This document shows, in pieces, positions 27,035 to 40,717 of a stretch of DNA of 64,000 bases. Position 1 is the first letter of the stretch. Each line of letters opens with the position of its first letter. The stretch comes from Eledone cirrhosa (lineage: Eukaryota). The stretch covers positions 1 through 64,000 of the forward strand of contig CAXHJY010000780.1 of the NCBI GenBank assembly GCA_964016885.1, read 5' to 3'. The notes beneath the pieces were generated by a model that did not search any database, was not told the origin of the DNA, and saw nothing but the letters and a program-made list of their open reading frames with translations. A program made the translations under genes and the position numbers.

Positions 27035-27725
27035 TCATCATCATCATCATCAGGTTTAGCGTCCGTGTTCCACGCTTGCATGGGTTTGGACGGGGGTTTT
27101 CCCACTTGAGGCAAGAGTGGTTGTCTTGCTCGCATAGGACTGTCTGGCAGGTTTTCTACAGTTGGATGCCCTTCCTAACACCAACCACATTTACAGTGTG
27201 GGGCTGGGAGGTTTTTACCGTGTTGCCTACACGGCCACATTACAGCGTGGACTGTCTGGCGGGTTTTCTACAGCTGGATGCCCTTCCTAACACCAACCAC
27301 ATTTACAGTGTGGGGCTGGGAGGTTTTTACCGTGTTGCCTACACGGCCACATTACAGCGTGGACTGTCTGGCGGGTTTTCTACAGCTGGATGCCCTTCCT
27401 AACACCAACCACATTTACAGTGTGGGGCTGGGAGGTTTTTACCGTGTTGCCTACACGGCCACATTACAGCGTGGACTGTCTGGCGGGTTTTCTACAGCTG
27501 GATGCCCTTCCTAACACCAACCACATTTACAGTGTGGGGCTGGGAGGTTTTTACCGTGTTGCCTACACGGCCACATTACAGCGTGGACTGTCTGGCGGGT
27601 TTTCTACAGCTGGATGCCCTTCCTAACACCAACCACATTTACAGTGTGGGGCTGGGAGGTTTTTACCGTGTTACCTACACGGCCACATTTACAGCGTGGA
27701 CTGTGTGTTTTTTGTCGTGACACCT
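27035..27725 (-). mobile_element. SINE 3' portion with a 112-bp tandem array (~5 units)
   Basis: Period 112 (27278, 27390, 27502, 27614); shares gatgcccttcctaacaccaacc with the 16151 SINE tail; (CAT)n tail. Confidence 0.8.
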
Positions 27726-28207
27726 ACACGATCTCATTTGTTTCGGCCTGGATGTTGTGGGACCAACATAACTGTACATTGAAAGGGGCGGTGTGGATGG
27801 GGTGGAGGTGGTGGGACGGGGGGGGGGGTGTTTTGATAGAGATGCCTACTGACTGTAGTATATATATATATAACAAGTGTATATATATATATATATAACA
27901 AGTGTTGTATATATATATATATATATATATATACATGTTATATATATATATAACAAGTGTTATATATATATAAAGTAGAAACAATTATTACGGGGTCGAT
28001 AAAAGATTAATACTAATCTCCTTATAATATATAACCAGCAATTTCTCTGTCTGTCTGTCCGACGCGTAGAGAGAGAGTGAGAGTGAAAGAAAGAGACAGA
28101 CTACGAGAGGAGGGTAGCGGGAGGGAGAGAGAGAGAGACGCTGGAAGAGGGGAAGGAAAGCTATGTGTTTTTGTCTGCATTACGATACATATATATATAT
28201 ACACACA

Positions 28208-28329
28208 CGTATGTTGATGCCCTAAGGACAGACACTGGTCTGTTGGAGATGCAGGACATGGCAGCGATAATGAGGGACAGAGACCGCTGGAGAGAACTCG
28301 TCCATGGATCTCGGGAATTTTACCCACCC

Positions 28330-28365
<36 letters not shown>

Positions 28366-28628
28366 TATATATATACACAAAAGTGACACAGAGGAGACTG
28401 AGGTTAGCTGGACATGCTCACCGACATCCAGAGTTGACATTGCACTCAGTGCTCCTTTGGGAGCCCCTACATGGACACACTAGAAGTGGAAGACCAAGGT
28501 GAACGTATGTTGATGCCCTAAGGACAGACACTGGTCTGTTGGGGACGCAGGACATGGCAGCGATAATGAGGGACAGAGACCACTGGAGAGAACTCGTCCA
28601 TGGATCTCGGGAATTTTACCCACCTTAG
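28208..28628 (+). pseudogene. Two tandem RTE LINE 3'-end fragments
   Basis: YVDALRTDTGLL..RDR(W)RELVHGSREFYPP* occurs twice, separated by (TA)n. Confidence 0.9.
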
Positions 28629-28649
28629 AGATATACACACACACACTGA

Positions 28650-29033
28650 GTGCGTCATAATGACGTAATGCAGACAGCCAGACATACAGACAGATATTAT
28701 AAGGGCGCAACATTATACCTATGTATCTATCTAAAAAGAAAGACTAAGAATTATATAGAGAGAACGTTAAATCGCCTAATGCGGTCCCTAGGGCATTGAA
28801 AATTTGAAATAAATTTTGCTCAAAACACTCACAGGACCATAAGTATTACATGTGTAAAGTTTAACAACAATCAGTTGGGTGGTCCTCGAGTTTTAGGGAG
28901 TTAGATAGACAGACAGACAAACATTCTCGGTTTTAGATATATAGATTATAGTAATAAATGGAAAATATATCACTTTCGCATCATATTTATTTCGTTATAC
29001 ATATTTCTTAGATACTAATTTATAGTATGCTTT

Positions 29034-29040
<7 letters not shown>
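28650..29040 (-). mobile_element. Helitron-like 5' segment plus fixed flank, duplicated at 50090-50470
   Basis: Minus strand starts tctatatatctaaaaccgagaatgtttgtctg at 28945; the same ~95-bp flank follows in both copies. Confidence 0.7.
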
Positions 29041-29071
<31 letters not shown>

Positions 29072-29082
29072 ATATATACATA

Positions 29083-29170
<88 letters not shown>

Positions 29171-29263
29171 TACACACATATATATATATATATATACATA
29201 TATATACATATATACACACATATATATATATATATACATATATATACATATATATACATATAT

Positions 29264-29330
<67 letters not shown>

Positions 29331-29392
29331 TATATATATATACAAATATATATATATATATACATATATATATAAATATATATATATATACA

Positions 29393-29521
<129 letters not shown>

Positions 29522-29552
29522 ATACATATATATATATATTACATGTATATAT

Positions 29553-29760
29553 TACATGTCTAAAGTTTGAAAACAATCGGTTGGATGCTTCTCAAGTTTT
29601 AGTGAGCTGACAGACAGACAGACATTCTCTGTTTTAGATATATAGACTAGCAGAAAACCGCCCACGGGCGGTTAGACTAGCAGAAAACCGCCCACTGGTG
29701 GTTTTCTGCTAGTCTATCTTATTATAACAGCGTTGTCTGTCCGTCTGTCGCGCTCACTTT
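29553..29760. mobile_element. Cluster of Helitron-like head-to-tail junctions
   Basis: Hairpin ccgcccacgggcgg with CTAG joined to TCTAT starts on both strands. Confidence 0.6.
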
Positions 29761-29977
29761 ATTTTATTGTTTCCGATGTAGGCAAAAAGCCTTAAATATT
29801 TTTTGTGTGGGGAGTGGTGTTGGAGGTTGTGGTGGGGAGGAGAAGCATTGACTTATGTCATTCCCAGTATATAACTGGTACGTTATTCTGATCAACCAAC
29901 TCCCTTGAAAAAAAAAAACAACAAATTTGACGTACATTGTCGGATAGAGTGGAGGAGACGGTGTTTTGTCACATCAG

Positions 29978-30045
29978 GGCCGCCACAGTTGTCTCCACTT
30001 GGCCTCTCTCATGTGGCTCTTCAAATGCAGAGATGAGAAATTGAG
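29978..30045 (+). CDS. Weak candidate exon (GRHSCLHLASLMWLFKCRDEKL)
   Basis: ttttgtcacatcag acceptor, GAG|gtaagg donor, one open frame, non-repetitive sequence. Confidence 0.25.
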
Positions 30046-30077
30046 GTAAGGATGCACTTTCTTTTTTTGTTACATAT

Positions 30078-31847
30078 GTAGGCACATGGCTTAGTGGTTA
30101 GAGCATTGGACTTGCAATCGAAAGGTTGTGAGTTCAATTCTCAGACCGGGTGATGTGTTGTTTCCTTGAGTAAGACACTTTATTTCCCATTGCTCCAGTT
30201 TACTCAGCTGTAGAAATGAGATGATAGGGACTGGGCTCCCTATCATTCCACTGCAAAGTGGTCGTGTAGGAGCCATGACAAAAAAAGCACCCAGCACTCA
30301 CTGTAGAGTGGTCGTGGAGGGGCCACGGCAAAAAAAGCACCCAGCACTCACTGTAGAGTGGTCGTGGAGGGGGCCATGGCAAAAAAAGCACCCAGCACTC
30401 GCTGTAAAGTGGTCGTGGAGGTGCCACGGCAAAAAAGCACCCGGCCCACACTGCAAAGTGGTCGTGGTGGTGCCACGGCAAAAAAAGCACCCAGCACTCA
30501 CTATAAAGTGGTCGTGGAGGTACCCCGGCAAAAAAGCACCCAGCCCACACTGTAAAGTGGTCGTGGTGGTGCCCCGGCAAAAAAGCACCCAGCCCACACT
30601 GTAAAGTGGTTGTGGAGGTGCCACGGCAAAAAAGCACCCAGCCCACACTGTAAAGTGGTCGTGGGGGGACCACGGCAAAAAAGCACCCAGCCCACACTGT
30701 AAAGTGGTCGTGGAGGTGCCACGGCAAAAAAGCACCCAGCACTCACTGTAAAGTGGTCGTGGGGGGGGCACGGCAAAAAAGCACCCAGCACTCACTGTAA
30801 AGTGGACGTGGAGGTGCCACGGCAAAAAAGCACCCAGCCCACACTGTAAAGTGGTCGTGGAGGTGCCACGGCAAAAAAGCACCCAGCACTCACTGTAAAG
30901 TGGTCGTGGAGGTGCCACGGCAAAAAAAGCACCCAGCACTCACTGTAAAGTGGTCGTGGTGGTGCCACGGCAAAAAAGCACCCGGCCCTCACTGCAAAGT
31001 GGTCGTAGAGGTCCCAAGGCAAAAAAAGCACCCAGCACTCACTGTAAAGTGGTCGTGGAGGTGCCACGGCAAAAAAGCACCCAGCACTCACTGTAAAGTG
31101 GTCGTGGAGGTGCCACGACAAAAAAGCACCCAGCACTCACTGTAAAGTGGTCGTGGAGGTGCCACGACAAAAAAGCACCCAGCACTCACTGTAAAGTGGT
31201 CGTGGAGGTGCCACGGCAAAAAAGCACCCAGCACTCACTGTAAAGTGGTCGTGGAGGTGCCACGACAAAAAAGCACCCAGCACTCACTGTAAAGTGGTCG
31301 TGGAGGTGCCACGGCAAAAAAGCACCCAGCACTCACTGTAAAGTGGTCGTGGTGGTGCCACGGCAAAAAAGCACCCGGCCCTCACTGCAAAGTGGTCGTA
31401 GAGGTCCCAAGGCAAAAAAAGCACCCAGCACTCACTGTAAAGTGGTCGTGGAGGTGCCACGGCAAAAAAGCACCCAGCACTCACTGTAAAGTGGTCGTGG
31501 AGGTGCCACGGCAAAAAAAGCACCCAGCACTCACTGTAAAGTGGTCGTGGTGGTGCCACGGCAAAAAAGCACCCGGCACTCACTGTAAAGTGGTCGTAGA
31601 GGTCCCAAGGCAAAAAAAGCACCCAGCCCACACTGTAAAGTGGTCGTGGGGGGGCCACGGCAAAAAAGCACCCAGCACTCACTGTAAAGTGGTCGTGGAG
31701 GTGCCACGGCATAAAAGCACCCAGCACTCACTGTAAATGAGGTTGGTGTTAGGAAGGGCATCCTTCTGTAGAAATCAAGCCAGAGTCAGTTCCCGTCCCA
31801 CCCTTGCAAGCAGAGAAAAGCGGACGTAAAATAATGATGGTGATGAT
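30078..31847 (+). mobile_element. tRNA-derived SINE with ~30 internal 49-50 bp units
   Basis: Same head and tail as the 16151 copy; units are more diverged. Confidence 0.85.
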
Positions 31848-32080
31848 CTTACCAGGAATCACCTTTACTTTAGGACTTCAAGTTAAATCTACAGTTACAG
31901 AGAGTAATTCCTGTCCATAATTCATTAGTTGCTTATATAAGGGAAACAGAGAAACATATGTATGTAAGTATGCTTGTTTGTATTTATAATTTTGTGTGGT
32001 TAGGACATTCAGCTCGCAACTGTAAGGCATGGGGCGTGGGGGGGGGGGGGGGTCCTTGAGTAAGACTCTTCATTTCAGGT

Positions 32081-32767
32081 TCATTTTCATTTCATCATTT
32101 CATTTTACGTCCGCTTTTCCCTGCTTGCAAGGGTGGGACGGGAACTGATTCTGGCTTGATTTCTACAGCTGGATGCCCTTCCTAACACCAACCTCATTTA
32201 CAGTGAGTGCTGGGTGCTTTTTTGCCGTGGCACCTCCACGACCACTTTACAGTGAGTGCTGGGTGCTTTTTTGCCGTGGCACCTCCACGACCACTTTACA
32301 GTGAGTGCTGGGTGCTTTTTTGCCGTGGCACCTCCACGACCACTTTACAGTGAGTGCTGGGTGCTTTTTTGCCGTGGCACCTCCACGACCACTTTACAGT
32401 GAGTGCTGGGTGCTTTTTTGCCGTGGCACCTCCACGACCACTTTACAGTGAGTGCTGGGTGCTTTTTTGCCGTAGCACCTCCACGACCACTTTACAGTGA
32501 GTGCTGGGTGCTTTTTTGCCGTGCACCTCCACGACCACTTTACAGTGAGTGCTGGGTGCTTTTTTGCCGTGGCACCTCCACGACCACTTTGCAGTGGAAT
32601 GATAGGGACCCCAGTCCCTATCATCTCATTTCTACAGCTGAGTAAACTGGAGCAATGTGAAATAAAGTGTCTTGCTCAAGGAAACAACACATCACCCGGT
32701 CTGAGAATTGAACTCACAACCTTTCGATTGCAAGGCCAATGCTCTAACCACTAAGCCATGTGCCTCC
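32081..32767 (-). mobile_element. tRNA-derived SINE with ~8 internal 49-bp units, tail-to-tail with the previous copy
   Basis: Reverse complement of the same head, array and tail. Confidence 0.85.
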
Positions 32768-33251
32768 ATTGCAACTGATAAATAGTATCAGCAATGGGCG
32801 ATATCCAATCTTAGCTGTCTAAATGCTGCTTACGTGCTGTAGTTGCTGCTTACTTCAATGTATGAGGCTATTCCAACAAATTTACATTCCCCGTTTTTTT
32901 AGCCGTTAAAAGAAATATAGATTTATTTATTTTTTTCTTTTGCGATTTATTTGCCACTGGGGCATAGATTTCTTTATTTGCCCCTTTTTTGTTTGTTTGT
33001 TTTTTGGCGATTTATTAGCCTTTTGGGGTCACCCCCCCCCCCCCCCCGTAGAAAGTGTGCGACCTTTCTGCCAGGGAGTACAGAGAGAGGGGGATGCTCT
33101 CTTCTTCTCTTACCTGTACAAGCCGATATAGAGAGATGGCTCACTTACACGGGCCATTATTGCTACTTTCACCCGAAAAAGGCACTCAGTCTCAGCGAAT
33201 TCCATGAAAGATGTTATATTTGTTTGTTTTATATATTTTTACACGACTGTA

Positions 33252-36200
33252 TGTAAAATCCCCAGCATGTGTCTTTGTTTTGTCCCCTTTTCTTGTGCGC
33301 CCTTGTGGCTAATAAAGAAATATATCTCTCTATCTGTCTAACTCTCTACCTTTCCATCTAACTATTTCTATCTACCTATATATATATATTATGTAAAATC
33401 CCCAGCATGTGTCTTTGTTTTGTCCCCTTTTCTTGTGCGCCCTTGTGGCTAATAAAGAAATATATCTCTCTATCTGTCTAACTCTCTACCTTTCCATCTA
33501 TCTATTTCTATCTACCTATATATATATATATATTTTGTAAAATCCCCAGCATGTGTCTTTGTTTTGTCCCCTTTTCTTGTGCGCCCTTGTGGCTAATAAA
33601 GAAATATATCTCTCTATCTGTCTAACTCTCTACCTTTCCATCTATCTATTTCTATCTACCTATATATATATATATTGTAAAATCCCCAGCATGTGTCTTT
33701 GTTTTGTCCCCTTTTCTTGTGCGCCCTTGTGGCTAATAAAGAAATATATCTCTCTATCTGTCTAACTCTCTACCTTTCCATCTATCTATTTCTATCTACC
33801 TATATATATATATATTGTAAAATCCCCAGCATGTGTCTTTGTTTTGTCCCCTTTTCTTGTGCGCCCTTGTGGCTAATAAAGAAATATATCTCTCTATCTG
33901 TCTAACTCTCTACCTTTCCATCTATCTATTTCTATCTACCTATATATATATATATATTTTGTAACATCCCCAGCATGTGTCTTTGTTTTGTCCCCTTTTC
34001 TTGTGCGCCCTTGTGGCTAATAAAGAAATATATCTCTCTATCTGTCTAACTCTCTACCTTTCCATCTAACTATTTCTATCTACCTATATGTAAAATCCCC
34101 AGCATGTGTCTTTGTTTTGTCCCCTTTTCTTGTGCGCCCTTGTGGCTAATAAAGAAATATATCTCTCTATCTGTCTAACTCTCTACCTTTCCATCTATCT
34201 ATTTCTATCTACCTATATATATATATATATTTTGTAAAATCCCCAGCATGTGTCTTTGTTTTGTCCCCTTTTCTTGTGCGCCCTTGTGGCTAATAAAGAA
34301 ATATATCTCTCTATCTGTCTAACTCTCTACCTTTCCATCTATCTATTTCTATCTACCTATATATATATATATATTTTGTAAAATCCCCAGCATGTGTCTT
34401 TGTTTTGTCCCCTTTTCTTGTGCGCCCTTGTGGCTAATAAAGAAATATATCTCTCTATCTGTCTAACTCTCTACCTTTCCATCTATCTATTTCTATCTAC
34501 CTATATATATATATATATATTTTGTAAAATCCCTGGCATGTGTCTTTGTTTTGTCCCCTTTTCTTGTGCGCCCTTGTGGCTAATAAAGAAATATATCTCT
34601 CTATCTGTCTAACTCTCTACCTTTCCATCTATCTATTTCTATCTACCTATATATATATATTTTGTAAAATCCCCAGCATGTGTCTTTGTTTTGTCCCCTT
34701 TTCTTGTGCGCCCTTGTGGCTAATAAAGAAATATATCTCTCTATCTGTCTAACTCTCTACCTTTCCATCTATCTATTTCTATCTACCTATATATATATAT
34801 TTTGTAAAATCCCCAGCATGTGTCTTTGTTTTGTCCCCTTTTCTTGTGCGCCCTTGTGGCTAATAAAGAAATATATCTCTCTATCTGTCTAACTCTCTAC
34901 CTTTCCATCTATCTATTTCTATCTACCTATATATATATATTTTGTAAAATCCCCAGCATGTGTCTTTGTTTTGTCCCCTTTTCTTGTGCGCCCTTGTGGC
35001 TAATAAAGAAATATATCTCTCTATCTGTCTAACTCTCTACCTTTCCATCTATCTATTTCTATCTACCTATATATATATATTTTGTAAAATCCCCAGCATG
35101 TGTCTTTGTTTTGTCCCCTTTTCTTGTGCGCCCTTGTGGCTAATAAAGAAATATATCTCTCTATCTGTCTAACTCTCTACCTTTCCATCTATCTATTTCT
35201 ATCTACCTATATATATATATTTTGTAAAATCCCCAGCATGTGTCTTTGTTTTGTCCCCTTTTCTTGTGCGCCCTTGTGGCTAATAAAGAAATACTCTCTA
35301 TCTGTCTAACTCTCTACCTTTCCATCTATCTATTTCTATCTACCTATATATATATATATATTTTGTAAAATCCCCAGCATGTGTTTTTGTTTTGTCCCCT
35401 TTTCTTGTGCGCCCTTGTGGCTAATAAAGAAATATATCTCTCTATCTGTCTAACTCTCTACCTTTCCATCTATCTATTTCTATCTACCTATATATATATA
35501 TATATTTTGTAAAATCCCCAGCATGTGTCTTTGTTTTGTCCCCTTTTCTTGTGCGCCCTTGTGGCTAATAAAGAAATATATCTCTCTATCTGTCTAACTC
35601 TCTACCTTTCCATCTATCTATTTCTATCTACCTATATATATATATATATTTTGTAAAATCCCCAGCATGTGTTTTTGTTTTGTCCCCTTTTCTTGTGCGC
35701 CCTTGTGGCTAATAAAGAAATATATCTCTCTATCTGTCTAACTCTCTACCTTTCCATCTATCTATTTCTATCTACCTATATATATATATATATTTTGTAA
35801 AATCCCCAGCATGTGTCTTTGTTTTGTCCCCTTTTCTTGTGCGCCCTTGTGGCTAATAAAGAAATATATCTCTCTATCTGTCTAACTCTCTACCTTTCCA
35901 TCTATCTATTTCTATCTACCTATATATATATATTTTGTAAAATCCCCAGCATGTGTCTTTGTTTTGTCCCCTTTTCTTGTGCGCCCTTGTGGCTAATAAA
36001 GAAATATATCTCTCTATCTGTCTAACTCTCTACCTTTCCATCTATCTATTTCTATCTACCTATATATATATATTTTGTAAAATCCCCAGCATGTGTCTTT
36101 GTTTTGTCCCCTTTTCTTGTGCGCCCTTGTGGCTAATAAAGAAATATATCTCTCTATCTGTCTAACTCTCTACCTTTCCATCTATCTATTTCTATCTACC

Positions 36201-39200
36201 TATATATATATATATATTTTGTAAAATCCCCAGCATGTGTCTTTGTTTTGTCCCCTTTTCTTGTGCGCCCTTGTGGCTAATAAAGAAATATATCTCTCTA
36301 TCTGTCTAACTCTCTACCTTTCCATCTATCTATTTCTATCTACCTATATATATATATTTTGTAAAATCCCCAGCATGTGTCTTTGTTTTGTCCCCTTTTC
36401 TTGTGCGCCCTTGTGGCTAATAAAGAAATATATCTCTCTATCTGTCTAACTCTCTACCTTTCCATCTATCTATTTCTATCTACCTATATATATATATTTT
36501 GTAAAATCCCCAGCATGTGTCTTTGTTTTGTCCCCTTTTCTTGTGCGCCCTTGTGGCTAATAAAGAAATATATCTCTCTATCTGTCTAACTCTCTACCTT
36601 TCCATCTATCTATTTCTATCTACCTATATATATATATATATTTTGTAAAATCCCCAGCATGTGTCTTTGTTTTGTCCCCTTTTCTTGTGCGCCCTTGTGG
36701 CTAATAAAGAAATATATCTCTCTATCTGTCTATCTACCTTTCCATCTATCTATTTCTATCTACCTATATATATATATTTTGTAAAATCCCCAGTATGTGT
36801 CTTTGTTTTGTCCCCTTTTCTTGTGCGCCCTTGTGGCTAATAAAGAAATATATCTCTCTATCTGTCTAACTCTCTACCTTTCCATCTATCTATTTCTATC
36901 TACCTATATATATATATTTTGTAAAATCCCCAGCATGTGTCTTTGTTTTGTCCCCTTTTCTTGTGCGCCCTTGTGGCTAATAAAGAAATATATCTCTCTA
37001 TCTGTCTAACTCTCTACCTTTCCATCTAACTATTTCTATCTACCTATATATATATATTTTGTAAAATCCCCAGCATGTGTCTTTGTTTTGTCCCCTTTTC
37101 TTGTGCGCCCTTGTGGCTAATAAAGAAATATATCTCTCTATCTGTCTAACTCTCTACCTTTCCATCTATCTATTTCTATCTACCTATATATATATATTTT
37201 GTAAAATCCCCAGCATGTGTCTTTGTTTTGTCCCCTTTTCTTGTGCGCCCTTGTGGCTAATAAAGAAATATATCTCTCTATCTGTCTAACTCTCTACCTT
37301 TCCATCTAACTATTTCTATCTACCTATATATATATATTTTGTAAAATCCCCAGCATGTGTTTTTGTTTTGTCCCCTTTTCTTGTGCGCCCTTGTGGCTAA
37401 TAAAGAAATATATCTCTCTATCTGTCTAACTCTCTACCTTTCCATCTATCTATTTCTATCTACCTATATATATATATATATTTTGTAAAATCCCCAGCAT
37501 GTGTCTTTGTTTTGTCCCCTTTTCTTGTGCGCCCTTGTGGCTAATAAAGAAATATATCTCTCTATCTGTCTAACTCTCTACCTTTCCATCTATCTATTTC
37601 TATCTACCTATATATATATATATATTTTGTAAAATCCCCAGCATGTGTCTTTGTTTTGTCCCCTTTTCTTGTGCGCCCTTGTGGCTAATAAAGAAATATA
37701 TCTCTCTATCTGTCTAACTCTCTACCTTTCCATCTAACTATTTCTATCTACCTATATATATATATTTTGTAAAATCCCCAGCATGTGTCTTTGTTTTGTC
37801 CCCTTTTCTTGTGCGCCCTTGTGGCTAATAAAGAAATATATCTCTCTATCTGTCTAACTCTCTACCTTTCCATCTATCTATTTCTATCTACCTATATATA
37901 TATATATATTTTGTAAAATCCCCAGCATGTGTCTTTGTTTTGTCCCCTTTTCTTGTGCGCCCTTGTGGCTAATAAAGAAATATATCTCTCTATCTGTCTA
38001 ACTCTCTACCTTTCCATCTAACTATTTCTATCTACCTATATATATATATATATTTTGTAAAATCCCCAGCATGTGTCTTTGTTTTGTCCCCTTTTCTTGT
38101 GCGCCCTTGTGGCTAATAAAGAAATATATCTCTCTATCTGTCTAACTCTCTACCTTTCCATCTATCTATTTCTATCTACCTATATATATATATATATTTT
38201 GTAAAATCCCCAGCATGTGTCTTTGTTTTGTCCCCTTTTCTTGTGCGCCCTTGTGGCTAATAAAGAAATATATCTCTCTATCTGTCTAACTCTCTACCTT
38301 TCCATCTATCTATTTCTATCTACCTATATATATATATATATTTTGTAAAATCCCCAGCATGTGTTTTTGTTTTGTCCCCTTTTCTTGTGCGCCCTTGTGG
38401 CTAATAAAGAAATATATCTCTCTATCTGTCTAACTCTCTACCTTTCCATCTATCTATTTCTATCTACCTATATATATATATATATTTTGTAAAATCCCCA
38501 GCATGTGTCTTTGTTTTGTCCCCTTTTCTTGTGCGCCCTTGTGGCTAATAAAGAAATATATCTCTCTATCTGTCTAACTCTCTACCTTTCCATCTATCTA
38601 TTTCTATCTACCTATATATATATATATATTTTGTAAAATCCCCAGCATGTGTCTTTGTTTTGTCCCCTTTTCTTGTGCGCCCTTGTGGCTAATAAAGAAA
38701 TATATCTCTCTATCTGTCTAACTCTCTACCTTTCCATCTATCTATTTCTATCTACCTATATATATATATATATTTTGTAAAATCCCCAGCATGTGTCTTT
38801 GTTTTGTCCCCTTTTCTTGTGCGCCCTTGTGGCTAATAAAGAAATATATCTCTCTATCTGTCTAACTCTCTACCTTTCCATCTATCTATTTCTATCTACC
38901 TATATATATATATATATTTTGTAAAATCCCCAGCATGTGTCTTTGTTTTGTCCCCTTTTCTTGTGCGCCCTTGTGGCTAATAAAGAAATATATCTCTCTA
39001 TCTGTCTAACTCTCTACCTTTCCATCTATCTATTTCTATCTACCTATATATATATTTTGTAAAATCCCCAGCATGTGTCTTTGTTTTGTCCCCTTTTCTT
39101 GTGCGCCCTTGTGGCTAATAAAGAAATATATCTCTCTATCTGTCTAACTCTCTACCTTTCCATCTATCTATTTCTATCTACCTATATATATATATTTTGT

Positions 39201-40290
39201 AAAATCCCCAGCATGTGTCTTTGTTTTGTCCCCTTTTCTTGTGCGCCCTTGTGGCTAATAAAGAAATATATCTCTCTATCTGTCTAACTCTCTACCTTTC
39301 CATCTATCTATTTCTATCTACCTATATATATATATTTTGTAAAATCCCCAGCATGTGTCTTTGTTTTGTCCCCTTTTCTTGTGCGCCCTTGTGGCTAATA
39401 AAGAAATATATCTCTCTATCTGTCTAACTCTCTACCTTTCCATCTATCTATTTCTATCTACCTATATATATATATATATTTTGTAAAATCCCCAGCATGT
39501 GTCTTTGTTTTGTCCCCTTTTCTTGTGCGCCCTTGTGGCTAATAAAGAAATATATCTCTCTATCTGTCTAACTCTCTACCTTTCCATCTATCTATTTCTA
39601 TCTACCTATATATATATATATATTTTGTAAAATCCCCAGCATGTGTCTTTGTTTTGTCCCCTTTTCTTGTGCGCCCTTGTGGCTAATAAAGAAATATATC
39701 TCTCTATCTGTCTAACTCTCTACCTTTCCATCTATCTATTTCTATCTACCTATATATATATATATATTTTGTAAAATCCCCAGCATGTGTCTTTGTTTTG
39801 TCCCCTTTTCTTGTGCGCCCTTGTGGCTAATAAAGAAATATATCTCTCTATCTGTCTAACTCTCTACCTTTCCATCTATCTATTTCTATCTACCTATATA
39901 TATATATATATTTTGTAAAATCCCCAGCATGTGTCTTTGTTTTGTCCCCTTTTCTTGTGCGCCCTTGTGGCTAATAAAGAAATATATCTCTCTATCTGTC
40001 TAACTATCTACCTATATATATATATTTTGTAAAATCCCCAGCATGTGTCTTTGTTTTGTCCCCTTTTCTTGTGCGCCCTTGTGGCTAATAAAGAAATATA
40101 TCTCTCTATCTGTCTAACTCTCTACCTTTCCATCTATCTATTTCTATCTACCTATATATATATATTTTGTAAAATCCCCAGCATGTGTCTTTGTTTTGTC
40201 CCCTTTTCTTGTGCGCCCTTGTGGCTAATAAAGAAATATATCTCTCTATCTGTCTAACTCTCTACCTTTCCATCTATCTATTTCTATCTA

Positions 40291-40293
<3 letters not shown>
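33252..40293 (+). repeat. ~7-kb satellite, ~50 units of 140-146 bp, derived from a LINE 3' end
   Basis: Unit tgtaaaatccccagcatgtgtctttgttttgtccccttttcttgtgcgcccttgtggctAATAAAgaaat..(TATC-like)..(TA)n matches the LINE 3' UTR at 41783-41850. Confidence 0.92.
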
Positions 40294-40343
<50 letters not shown>

Positions 40344-40348
<5 letters not shown>

Positions 40349-40556
40349 TTTAATATAGAAGAGATTCTACAGGACCAGAACTGTTTCATTCTTTAGAAAT
40401 CATCAGGAATCTCAAATGGGAGATTCCTGATGATTTCTAAAGAATGAAACAGTTCTAGTCCTGTAGAATCTCTTCTATATTAAAACTTTTATACTCTGCA
40501 ATGTATTGAGTACCTTACTTACTGTGGTTACCTCCGATTCAACCCGGAATAACGTA

Positions 40557-40557
<1 letters not shown>
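40344..40557 (+). mobile_element. Fold-back PLE-like element, family C, in (TA)n; fragments at 22490-22540 and 48609-48735
   Basis: Arms 40344-40413 and 40420-40489; tail gtattgagt..ttacttactgtggttacctccgattcaacccggaataacgta occurs three times in the window. Confidence 0.75.
40420..40472 (+). ncRNA. Type I hammerhead ribozyme motif (mirror copy on minus strand 40361-40413)
   Basis: gagattc-CTGATGA-tttc taaa gaat-GAAA-cag ttctagtc ctg-TA-gaatctc: 7-bp stem I, 4-bp stem III, GUA triplet. Confidence 0.8.
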
Positions 40558-40595
<38 letters not shown>

Positions 40596-40673
40596 ACAGA
40601 AAGAGACGATTATGAGGAAGAAAAATATATTTTTTTTCATTTTTTTTTACTCTCTCTCTTTTTTCTGGGTTAG

Positions 40674-40717
40674 AAAATGATCAAAACGAAATGTTTTACT
40701 TTGTGTGAAGTGTTAAG
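40674..40717 (+). CDS. Candidate 44-nt exon (KMIKTKCFTLCEVL)
   Basis: Long pyrimidine tract ending in ttag; AAG|gtatta donor; one open frame. Confidence 0.35.

Noticed and set aside
31850-31890. Minus-strand 36-nt exon with good splice signals
   Set aside because: Stop codons in all three frames.
33108-33140. Minus-strand AG|GTAAGA recursive splice site
   Set aside because: A single motif on the strand opposite the better exon candidates; easily chance.
33553-40257. Repeated 70-aa ORFs as a tandem gene family
   Set aside because: They appear only when the TA count gives a 140-bp unit; the unit is a LINE 3' UTR.
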